Shown here in pieces: positions 7,969-15,895 of a stretch of 22,525 nucleotides of DNA. The translations under genes and the position numbers were made by a program. Each line of letters begins with the position of its first letter. The first letter of the stretch is position 1. Source of the stretch: Candidatus Methylomirabilota bacterium (GTDB lineage: Bacteria > Methylomirabilota > Methylomirabilia > Rokubacteriales > CSP1-6); contig JBKPAK010000172.1 in assembly GCA_046726415.1 (NCBI GenBank), positions 1-22,525 on the forward strand. Direction: 5' to 3'. The notes beneath the pieces were generated by a model that worked only from the letters and a program-made list of their open reading frames with translations, made no database searches and was not told the DNA's origin.

Positions 7969-9477
7969 ATGAAAACGATCCGTAACGTGCTGACTGTGCT
8001 CGCCGCCGTCCTGCTCCTCACCGCGCCCGCCCCCGCGCTCGCGAAGGATCCGTGGGTGGTCGCCTTCGGCGAGGAGCCGTTCACGCTCAACCCGGCGGGC
8101 AAGGGCGCGCTGGCCGCCGTGTCGGATTACGTGCAGATCCACATCTTCGACGCGCTCGTCGACTTCACCGGCGTGAACCTCACGCTGAAGCCGATGCTGG
8201 CCACGCGCTGGGAGAACCCCAGCCCGACGACGTGGCGGTTCCACCTGCGCCGCGACGCGAAGTTCCACAACGGGGATCCCCTCACCGCCGAGGACGTGAA
8301 GTTCACCATCGAGACGCAGCTCGCGAACAAGGGCGCCACCGTGAACGCCTATCTAGGGCCGACCGAGGGCGCGCGGGTGCTCGATCCCTACACGATCGAG
8401 ATCACGACCAGGACGCCCTTCCCGGCTCTGCTGTTCAATCTCTCGCGCGTCCACATCCTGCCGCGCGCCTACGATAAGCTCGGCGCCGACGCCTTCGCGG
8501 CGAAGCCGATCGGGTCCGGCCCCTACCGGTTCGTCGAGTGGCAGCGCGGCCAGCGCATCGTCCTGGAGGCGAACCCGGATTACTGGGGCGGTCAGGCGAC
8601 GCCGAAGCGGCTCGTGTTCCGCCCGATCGTCGATCCCAGCACTCGCGCGTCCGAGCTGCGCGCCGGCGGCGCCGACATCGTCATCAACCCCCCGATCGCC
8701 CAGGTGAAGGAGCTCGGGAGCGGCGACACCCAGATCCTCACGGTGCCGGCCGCGCGCGCCATCGCGTACCCCATCAATACCCTGCAGAAGCCGCTCAACG
8801 ACGTTCGCGTCCGGCGCGCGCTCAATCATGCCATCGATCGCGAGGCCATCGTCCGCAGCCTGCTGCAGGGCTTTGGTCAGGCGACGGGACAACCGTTCGC
8901 GGCTGGCTGGCTGGGCTATGACGAGGCGATCAAGTCGTATCCGTACGATCCCGCCCAGGCGAAGCGCCTGCTGGCCGAAGCGGGCTACCCGAGCGGGTTC
9001 GACGTGACCTGGAACATCTCGACAGGCGCGTTCCTCGCCGACAAGGAGATCGCGGAGGCCGCGGCCGCGATGCTCGGTCAGGCCGGCGTGCGGGTCAGGC
9101 TCGTGCCGACCGAGCGTGCCAAGATCCAGAAGGATCTCCAGGCGGCGACGTTCGACGGGATCACGGCCGGCCAGTGGGGCACGATCGCCGAGTCGGAGAT
9201 CATGGTCCGCTGGTTCTTCCGCACGCCCAAGATCTTCACGCCCGAGCTGGACGCGCGGCTCAACCAGTTGGCGACGGCGGCGGCGGGTGAGGTGGACCGC
9301 GACAAGCGCGCCAGGATCTATCGCGACCTCGCCAAGTTCGCGCACGACGAGGCGCTCTGGCTCTTCATCCATCACCAGGACGAGGTGATCGCCAAGCGCC
9401 GCGAGATCCCCTGGCAGGTGAGCGTTGCGCGCGGCGGCAAGGCACACATCTACTACTTCACCTTGGGCCCTCGCTGA
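7969..9477 (+). CDS. ABC transporter substrate-binding protein, family 5 (DppA/OppA-like), 502 aa
   Basis: GAGGAGG RBS and signal peptide MKTIRNVLTVLAAVLLLTAPAPALA. Motifs PMLATRWE, FHLRRDAKFHNGDPLTAEDVKFT, PIGSGPYRF, DVRVRRALNHAIDRE, YDPAQAKRLLAEAGY. Confidence 0.95.
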   Translation: MKTIRNVLTVLAAVLLLTAPAPALAKDPWVVAFGEEPFTLNPAGKGALAAVSDYVQIHIFDALVDFTGVNLTLKPMLATRWENPSPTTWRFHLRRDAKFHNGDPLTAEDVKFTIETQLANKGATVNAYLGPTEGARVLDPYTIEITTRTPFPALLFNLSRVHILPRAYDKLGADAFAAKPIGSGPYRFVEWQRGQRIVLEANPDYWGGQATPKRLVFRPIVDPSTRASELRAGGADIVINPPIAQVKELGSGDTQILTVPAARAIAYPINTLQKPLNDVRVRRALNHAIDREAIVRSLLQGFGQATGQPFAAGWLGYDEAIKSYPYDPAQAKRLLAEAGYPSGFDVTWNISTGAFLADKEIAEAAAAMLGQAGVRVRLVPTERAKIQKDLQAATFDGITAGQWGTIAESEIMVRWFFRTPKIFTPELDARLNQLATAAAGEVDRDKRARIYRDLAKFAHDEALWLFIHHQDEVIAKRREIPWQVSVARGGKAHIYYFTLGPR

Positions 9478-9503
9478 GCTCGAACGCGGCGCGCGGCTGA
9501 TCC

Positions 9504-10427
9504 GTGCCCGGCTACGTCGTCGGCCGGGTGCTCCAGGCCGCGGTGGCCCTGCTCGGGGTCACCGCCGTCGCGTTCCTGCTCGTCTCCCTCTCCGGAGACC
9601 CGGCGTTCATCCTGCTGTCCCCCGAGGCGGGGGAGGAGCAACGGGCGGCCTTCCGGCGCCTCTACGGCCTGGACGCGCCGCTGCCGGTGCAGTACGTCCG
9701 CTATCTCACGCACGTCGCGCGCGGCGACTTCGGGACCTCGTTCGCGTTCGACCGGCCGGCGATGGCCGTCGTGCTGGAGCGCGCGCCGGCGACCCTCGCG
9801 CTGACTGCGGCCGCGCTCTGCCTGGGAATCGCCGTCGGCGTCCCCGCTGGGGTGCTCGCGGCGGTGAGGGCGGGCGCCGTCCTCGACCGCACGGTGATGG
9901 CCTTCGTCCTCCTCGGACAATCGATCCCCACGTTCTGGCTCGGTCTGGTGATGATCCGGATCTTCGCCGTAAACTTCCGGCTGGTCCCGGTCTCGGGATA
10001 CGGCACGCCGCTCCACCTGTTGATGCCCGCCGTCGTCCTCGGCCTCTACCTGGCCGCGCTGCTGGCCCGCGTCACGCGCTCCGAGATGCTCGAGGCGATG
10101 GCCCAGGACTACGTGCGGACGGCTCGCGCCAAGGGCCTGCCCGAGCGCGCAGTGACCTTAGCGCATGCCCTCAAGAACGCGCTCCTCCCCATCGTGACCG
10201 TGATCGGGCTCCAGCTGGGCGCGCTGCTCGGCGGTGCCGTCATCACGGAGACGGTCTTCGCGTGGCCTGGCGTGGGCACGCTCGTCCTTGACGCGATCCT
10301 GCGAAAGGACTATCCGGTCGTGCTGGCCGTGGTGGAGTTCGTGGCCGCGGCATTCATCGTCATCAACATGGGGCTGGATGTGCTGTACGGCGTCCTCGAT
10401 CCGCGCCTCCGGCTCGCGCGGCGATGA
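9504..10427 (+). CDS. ABC transporter permease (DppB/OppB-like)
   Basis: GLDAPLPVQY, GDFGTS, SIPTFWLG, EAA loop DYVRTARAKGL, HALKNA, ETVFAWPGVG and KDYPVV. Confidence 0.95.
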   Translation: MPGYVVGRVLQAAVALLGVTAVAFLLVSLSGDPAFILLSPEAGEEQRAAFRRLYGLDAPLPVQYVRYLTHVARGDFGTSFAFDRPAMAVVLERAPATLALTAAALCLGIAVGVPAGVLAAVRAGAVLDRTVMAFVLLGQSIPTFWLGLVMIRIFAVNFRLVPVSGYGTPLHLLMPAVVLGLYLAALLARVTRSEMLEAMAQDYVRTARAKGLPERAVTLAHALKNALLPIVTVIGLQLGALLGGAVITETVFAWPGVGTLVLDAILRKDYPVVLAVVEFVAAAFIVINMGLDVLYGVLDPRLRLARR

Positions 10428-11329
10428 CGACCACGCCCCTTTCGGTGGCCGCATCGGCATCGCCCGCGACCCGGCGGCCGGCGGCGTCCCGGCTGGCACC
10501 CGTGTGGCGCGCGGTGGGGCCCGGAGGGACGGTGGTGGCGGGGGTCGTGCTCGTCGCCGTGCTCGCGCCCGCGCTGGCGTGGCATTCGCTGAGCGCGTTC
10601 GACCTCGCGCATCGGCTGGCGCCGCCGGTCTGGCAGCCGGGCGGTACGTGGACGCACCCGCTGGGCACGGACGCCCTGGGTCGGGACATCGCGAGCCGCA
10701 TCCTTCACGGCGCGCGCACGTCACTCGGTCTGGCCGGCGCGGCCGTTCTGCTGGCGGCGGCGCTCGGGATCCTGCTCGGGCTCGTGTCCGGGTACGCGGG
10801 CTCGTGGGCCGACGCGATCATCATGCGGCTGGCCGACGTCCAGCTCTCGTTCCCCTATCTGCTGCTCGCGATCGCGGTGATGGCGCTCCTCAAGCCGTCG
10901 CTGGTGAACCTCCTGATCGTCCTGGTGCTGCGGAGCTGGGTGGTCTACGCGCGGCTCATCCGGGTGGTGACGCTCAGCGCGCGCGAGCGCGAGTTCGTGA
11001 CGGCCGCCCGCGCCCTCGGCGCGGGAGGCGCGCGGATCGTGTTCCGCCACATCGCCCCGAACGTGGTGGGCCCGTCGATCGTCGTCTCGAGCTTCCAGCT
11101 CGCCGAGCTGATCATCGTGGAGTCGTCCCTGTCGTTCCTCGGCCTCGGCGTCCAGCCGCCCGCGCCGAGCTGGGGCGGGATGGTGAGTGAGGGTCGGGAG
11201 TACATCGGGACGGCCTGGTGGCTCTCGGGGTTCCCCGGCCTCGCCATCGTCGTCACTGTGCTAGGCGCCAACCTGTTCGGCGACAGTCTCAGGCGATCCC
11301 TCGACCCGCGCCTGCGCAATGTCGGGTAG
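10424..11329 (+). CDS. ABC transporter permease (DppC/OppC-like)
   Basis: HPLGTDALGRDI, GARTSL, EFVTAARALGA, LSFLGLGVQPPAPSWG and NLFGDSLR..LDPR. ATGA overlap with the upstream permease. Confidence 0.95.
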   Translation: MTTTPLSVAASASPATRRPAASRLAPVWRAVGPGGTVVAGVVLVAVLAPALAWHSLSAFDLAHRLAPPVWQPGGTWTHPLGTDALGRDIASRILHGARTSLGLAGAAVLLAAALGILLGLVSGYAGSWADAIIMRLADVQLSFPYLLLAIAVMALLKPSLVNLLIVLVLRSWVVYARLIRVVTLSAREREFVTAARALGAGGARIVFRHIAPNVVGPSIVVSSFQLAELIIVESSLSFLGLGVQPPAPSWGGMVSEGREYIGTAWWLSGFPGLAIVVTVLGANLFGDSLRRSLDPRLRNVG

Positions 11330-11350
11330 GATGGCAGCGAGAGCGCGCCC

Positions 11351-12640
11351 ATGAGACTCGAGATCGGGTCCGTGCACGTCCGCGGCGTCGAGCTCGGCCG
11401 CCGGACCGAGCTGACCGATCACACGCTCGTGGTCGATCCCGCCGAGCTGCGGGCCCTCGTCCTCGACGATTCCCATTTCGCGGACGTCCGCGTGCACCTG
11501 GCGCGGCCCGGGGAGTCGATCCGGATCATCCATGTCCTCGACGTCGTCGAGCCGCGCTGGAAGGTGGCCGGTCCCGGTGGCGTCTTCCCCGGGTTCGTGT
11601 CGCCGCCGATCACCGTCGGCGAGGGGCGGACGCACCGGCTGGATGGCGTGGCCGTCCTCGAGGTTGGCGCTCCGGTGCCCGGCGAGTCCACGGTCTTCCG
11701 CGAACGGCTGGTCGACATGACGGGACCCGGCGCCGAGCTGTCCCCCTTCGCGCGCACGGAGAACGTGGTGCTCGAGTTCTCGCCGAACCTGGCCTTCTTC
11801 CCGCCCGGCTCGGAAAAGATGGACGACGTCCTCTCGGGCGGGCCGGAGTCGAACGAGTACATGCGCGCAGTCCAGGCGGCGGGGCTGAAGGTCGCCGCGC
11901 ATCTGGGGCGCACGGCTGGCGAGAGGATCCCGGACGATGTCGAAGCGTTCGAGCTCGGCCCGTGCGATCCCGCCCTGCCCCGGGTCGTCTCGCTCCATCA
12001 GGAAGTCACTGCCTGCCCCTATCTCTACGGCGTCCGCGTGTCGCTGCCCCTCGGGACGATGATCCATCCCAACGAAGTGTTCGATGGGGCCGTCGTGCGG
12101 TGGAACCGGGGGTACGTCGGGTCGACGTATTGGGAGCAGAACCATCCGCTCCTGGTGGAGCTCTGCCGGCGCCACGGCCGCGAGCTCAACTACCTCGGCG
12201 GCATCGTGTTCGGCGGGGTGACGGCCTCGGCCGCGGACAAGGAAGCCTCGTCGAGCTCGGTCTCGAAGATCGCGCGCCTCCTGCGGGCGGAGGCGGCGCT
12301 CGTGGTCGGCATCAACGGCTCGAACCACGCAGTCGACCTCATGCTCACGATCCAGAAGTGCGAGCGCGCTGGCATCAAGACCACGCTTGTCTACAACGAC
12401 GTGGGCGAGGGACCCGACGACCCCGGGTTCATCTTCGCGGTGCCGGAGGCGGACGCGATCGTCAACTCGGGCTGGCGCAACGCCAAGGTGACATTACCCG
12501 CGCTCCAGACGATCATCGGGGGCGAGTCGCTGATCGCGCCCGAGATGGACGCGCGGAAGGAGCTGACGGTGCCGTTGCGGTACCTCCACGGGGCCGTCGA
12601 CCCCATGGGGCACTCTCGGCTGACGGTCAGGTTCGAGTAG
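11351..12640 (+). CDS. Glycine/sarcosine/betaine reductase component B alpha/beta subunit (GrdE/GrdG/GrdI family), 429 aa
   Basis: MRLEIG..HVRGVELG..T, ARPGESIRII...DVVEPRWK, VFPGF...VGEGRTHRLDG, DMTGPGAELSPF, IHPNEVFDGA, QNHP, AGIKT and PEADAIVNSG. It lies directly upstream of the selenoprotein B gene. Confidence 0.9.
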   Translation: MRLEIGSVHVRGVELGRRTELTDHTLVVDPAELRALVLDDSHFADVRVHLARPGESIRIIHVLDVVEPRWKVAGPGGVFPGFVSPPITVGEGRTHRLDGVAVLEVGAPVPGESTVFRERLVDMTGPGAELSPFARTENVVLEFSPNLAFFPPGSEKMDDVLSGGPESNEYMRAVQAAGLKVAAHLGRTAGERIPDDVEAFELGPCDPALPRVVSLHQEVTACPYLYGVRVSLPLGTMIHPNEVFDGAVVRWNRGYVGSTYWEQNHPLLVELCRRHGRELNYLGGIVFGGVTASAADKEASSSSVSKIARLLRAEAALVVGINGSNHAVDLMLTIQKCERAGIKTTLVYNDVGEGPDDPGFIFAVPEADAIVNSGWRNAKVTLPALQTIIGGESLIAPEMDARKELTVPLRYLHGAVDPMGHSRLTVRFE

Positions 12641-12651
12641 CGGAGGATTCT

Positions 12652-13956
12652 ATGACCACGTTCCGGGTCGTGCACTTCCTCAATCAGTTCTTCGCCGGCA
12701 TCGGTGCCGAGGACAAGGCCGACTCGCCACCGGGTCGGCGCGAGGGGCCGGTCGGGCCCGGACGGGTGCTCCGGCAGGCCCTCGACGCCCGTGCCGACGT
12801 CGTCGCCACCGTGTACTGCGGAGACAACCACGTCGCGGAGCGACCGGAGGCGATCGACGACATCCTCGCCCTGATCAGGGAGGCGCGCCCCGACATCGTC
12901 GTCGCGGGCCCGGCCTTCTCGGCCGGTCGCTACGGGATGGCCTGTGGCGAGGTCGCGCTGCGCGCGCGGGAGCGGCTCGGCGTGACGGCGGTCACTGGCA
13001 TGCATGTGGACAACGCGGCGACCGAGATGTACCGCACCCGCATCGTAATCGCCAGCACGGGCCCTGCCGCAATCGGGATGGCGAACGCGCTCCAGGTGAT
13101 GGCGCGGTTGGCCCTGAAGCTCGCGTCCGGCGTTGCGCTGGGATCGCCGGTCGACGAGGGGTACGTTCCCACCGGCCGTCGCGTCTTCGAGGTGGCCAAG
13201 CGCCCGGCGGCCGAGCGCGCGGTCGACATGCTGCTCCGCAAGGTGCGCGGAGAACCGTTCACGACCGAGTGGGCCGTCCCGCGGTACCACCGGGTTCCCG
13301 CCGCACCGCCCCTGCGCGATCCCGCGCTGGCGACGATCGCGCTCGTCACCACCGGCGGTCTGGTCCCCCGCGGCAACCCCGACCGCCTGGAGTCTGGCTA
13401 CGTCACCAAGTGGCTTCGCTATCCGATCGCCGGTGTCAACTCGCTGCCTGCGGACCGCTGGCAGTCCGTGCACGGGGGGTTCGACACCACGCGGATCAAC
13501 GAGGATCCGCACCGCGTGGTGCCGCTCGACGTCGTGCGCGAGCTGGAACGCGACGGCGGGATCGGTCGCCTCCATCCCGAGCTCTTCACGACCACCGGCA
13601 ATACCTCGGTGATTCCGACCTTGCGCCGCTTCGCGCAGGAGATGAGCCGGGAGCTGAAGGCTGGGGGCGTCGAGGGGGTGATCCTCACCTCCACCTGAGG
13701 GTCGTGCAGCCGCGGCGGCGCCGCGCTGGCAAAGGAACTCGACGCGCAGGGAATCCCGGTGGCCCAGATCAGCGCTCTCGACGCGCTCGCAAGATCGGTC
13801 GGCTCGAATCGCATTGTCCGAGGCAAGGCGATCACCAGCGTCGTCGGCGATCCCGGCCTGAGCCCGGCCGAGGAGAAGCGACTCCGCAAGGCTCTCGTGC
13901 TGAAGGCGCTCGAGGCGCTCCGGACGGTGGTCGAGGAGCCGCTGATTCTTGGGTGA
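12652..13956 (+). CDS. grdB: Glycine/betaine/sarcosine reductase family selenoprotein B, 434 aa, with selenocysteine at residue 349 (UGA 13696-13698 read through)
   Basis: GGAGG RBS before ATG 12652. Motifs HFLNQFFAGIGAEDKAD, CGDN, GPAFSAGRYGMACG, VTTGGLVPRGNPDRLES and HGGFD lead to VILTST-UGA-GSCSRGGAALAKELDAQGIPVAQI...VGSNRIV....GDP, matching the conserved VILTSTUGTCTRCGA of GrdB. The frame continues to a stop at 13956. The symbol is family-level; the substrate is unknown. Confidence 0.93.
13705..13731 (+). promoter_or_regulatory. Putative bacterial SECIS hairpin
   Basis: CGCGGC (13711-13716) pairs with GCCGCG (13720-13725) around a GGC loop, extended by CAG/CTG and TG/CA pairs with single bulges. 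The apical loop starts with G, 19 nt after the UGA. Confidence 0.7.
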
Positions 13957-14059
13957 CGCGGCGGCAGCGTGAGTCGAATTAGAAACAACTCCCAGCCTGT
14001 TGGCCGGTCGGGGTACATGGTCGGCGAAGCCCTGCCGCCCGCGGAGTAGCGCGGCGCCA

Positions 14060-14905
14060 TCACCCCCCGGACCCCCGCCCCACCGCTTCTCGCACCTCTT
14101 CCACGGCGAGCGAGCCCACGTCGAGGAAGGCGAGGATGCGACACGGACACGCCTCGCCGCCCTCGAACTTCCACGGGAACGCCCCGATGATGCAGCGCGT
14201 GTTCAGCACCTTCTCGATGTCGCCGCCAACATTCTCGGCGTGGATGCATCCCTCGGGAAAGGCCAGATAGTGCATGGGGAAGATCTCCTCCACGACTATC
14301 CGCCCGCTCTTGTGGTGCCGGTACTCGTACTCGCCGAAGAAGTCGCGCACGGGTCGGCCGACCTTTTCCTCGAACCGCCGCGTGAGATCGGGCCGCATGT
14401 AGCGAATGGTGGTGTTCATCGGATGATCGCCGGAGCCGGCGTCGATGCCCCACCAGGCGATCTGCATGTCGTGCATCCACCGGGCGAGCTCCTGCGTCCC
14501 TCCCGGGTGCATGCAGAAGTAGCGCGTGAGGTCCTGCTGGGGCTTGCCCTCGTAGTAGCGGTGGTAGCCCGTGTGCAGGATGAGGATGTCCCCGCGCTTG
14601 ACCTCCATGCGGTCGGTGATCTGCTTGGGGGTCAGGATGCTCCAGTCCTCCACGCAATCGGAGACGTCGACCACCACGCCCTCATGCACCAGCTTGGTGA
14701 GGGGCAGGGAGGCGATGTCGCCGGCGCCGTCGGCGGCGTGCATGGGCCCGTCGAGATGCGTGCCCACGTGCAGCGAGGTCTCCACGCGCTGCGAGACGAT
14801 GCGGTTCGTCTGCAGGGTTTGCGTGTAGTAGATCTTGGAACCGGGGTAACCGATCCAGCCCGGAGTGTGCATGTTCCACGGGTGCGACAGGTCGACCAGC
14901 CTCAT
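14060..14905 (-). CDS. Cyclase-family (kynurenine formamidase-like) metal-dependent hydrolase, 281 aa
   Basis: MRLVDLSH start, HVGTHLDGPMH (HxGTHxDxPxH), GDILILHTG, WGID, H..AEN and GGEACPCR motifs; GGGGAGG RBS. Confidence 0.9.
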   Translation of the reverse strand: MRLVDLSHPWNMHTPGWIGYPGSKIYYTQTLQTNRIVSQRVETSLHVGTHLDGPMHAADGAGDIASLPLTKLVHEGVVVDVSDCVEDWSILTPKQITDRMEVKRGDILILHTGYHRYYEGKPQQDLTRYFCMHPGGTQELARWMHDMQIAWWGIDAGSGDHPMNTTIRYMRPDLTRRFEEKVGRPVRDFFGEYEYRHHKSGRIVVEEIFPMHYLAFPEGCIHAENVGGDIEKVLNTRCIIGAFPWKFEGGEACPCRILAFLDVGSLAVEEVREAVGRGSGG

Positions 14906-14994
14906 GCGGATCCCTCCCCATCGACTGCGATGAGTGCCGCCCGGCGCCGGGCCACGGCCAAGCCGTCGTCACGGCGGGCGCCATGGTAGGTCGT

Positions 14995-15023
14995 TTGACA
15001 ATCGATTGTCGATTGGATAGTTT
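14995..15023 (+). promoter_or_regulatory. Sigma70-type promoter overlapped by a perfect 14-bp palindromic operator
   Basis: TTGACA (14995-15000), 17-nt spacer, TAGTTT (15018-15023). The palindrome GACAATCGATTGTC is at 14997-15010. This is an AT-rich patch in the divergent intergenic region. Confidence 0.75.
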
Positions 15024-15039
15024 CCTGCGCGGTGAGCCG

Positions 15040-15675
15040 ATGACCATCGTCTGGGAACGCGTGATCCCGCCCAAGCAGGGGCTCGGCTTCACCGTCCGCC
15101 GCGGCCAGCACCTGCGGGTCATCGACCTCGAGGGCCAGCAGGTCGTCGACATGGCCCTCTTCAACGCCGACAATCCCCGCGAGAAGCTGTCCACGTCGTA
15201 CTCGCGCACGCGCTACCTCCCTCGCCCGGGCGCGGAGTACGTGCCGCGCGACCGGCTGACGGAAGGCGATACGCTCATGTCGACCATCTGCCGGCCTATG
15301 ATGACGTTCGTCCGGGAAACGCCGGAGCCCAAGGGCGTCCATGACACGCACAACCGCATGTGCAACCGGTTCCTCTACGAGTCGTACGGGCTGGGCCCGC
15401 GCGACGGCTGCCATGAGAACATCGCCAACGCGGTGGCCCCGTGGGGGCTCTTGCCCGAGGACATCCCCGACACCATGGATCTCTTCATGGACTATCACCA
15501 CGATTGCGCTCGCGGGCGGTGGGTGATCGGGGAGCCAGTGTCGAAGGCGGGCGACTATGTGGAGTTCCGCGCGGACATGGACCTCATCGTCGGGCTGTCC
15601 AACTGCCCGCTCGATGTGCTCGCTCCGTGCAACGCGTACCGCTGCACGCCCGTCAAGGTCGAGATCTTCGAGTAG
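15040..15675 (+). CDS. Urea carboxylase-associated family protein (DUF1989), 211 aa
   Basis: VRRGQHLRVIDLEGQQVVD, FNADNPREKLS, HDT...C, GCHEN, SKAGDYVEFRADMDLIVGLSNCP and CN motifs. The start is placed at ATG 15040, downstream of the promoter. Confidence 0.9.
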   Translation: MTIVWERVIPPKQGLGFTVRRGQHLRVIDLEGQQVVDMALFNADNPREKLSTSYSRTRYLPRPGAEYVPRDRLTEGDTLMSTICRPMMTFVRETPEPKGVHDTHNRMCNRFLYESYGLGPRDGCHENIANAVAPWGLLPEDIPDTMDLFMDYHHDCARGRWVIGEPVSKAGDYVEFRADMDLIVGLSNCPLDVLAPCNAYRCTPVKVEIFE

Positions 15676-15895
15676 CGCGAGCGGGGGTGGTCGGTGGGGT
15701 GGCCCGTGACGGCCACCATCGAGGCCCTCGGCCCGCAGCGGCTCGCGGAACGTCACCGTTCGCCGTCCCCGCGTGCTTCCGAGCGCGCGGTAGCGCGACG
15801 CAGACGGGAACGCTCGTGAAGGACAGCGCGCGTCCCGGGCTGGCCGGGCCGGCGCGAACCCCGTGTCGGGGCCTCGTGTTCACGAGGAGCTCCCG

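Noticed and set aside
11218-13698. 826-aa ORF from the track
   Set aside because: The N-terminal ~478 aa is an off-frame, Arg-rich shadow of the GrdE-family gene. The real gene starts at ATG 12652 with an RBS and reads through the UGA.
13759-13956. Separate 65-aa ORF
   Set aside because: It is the in-frame C-terminus of the selenoprotein, downstream of the Sec codon.
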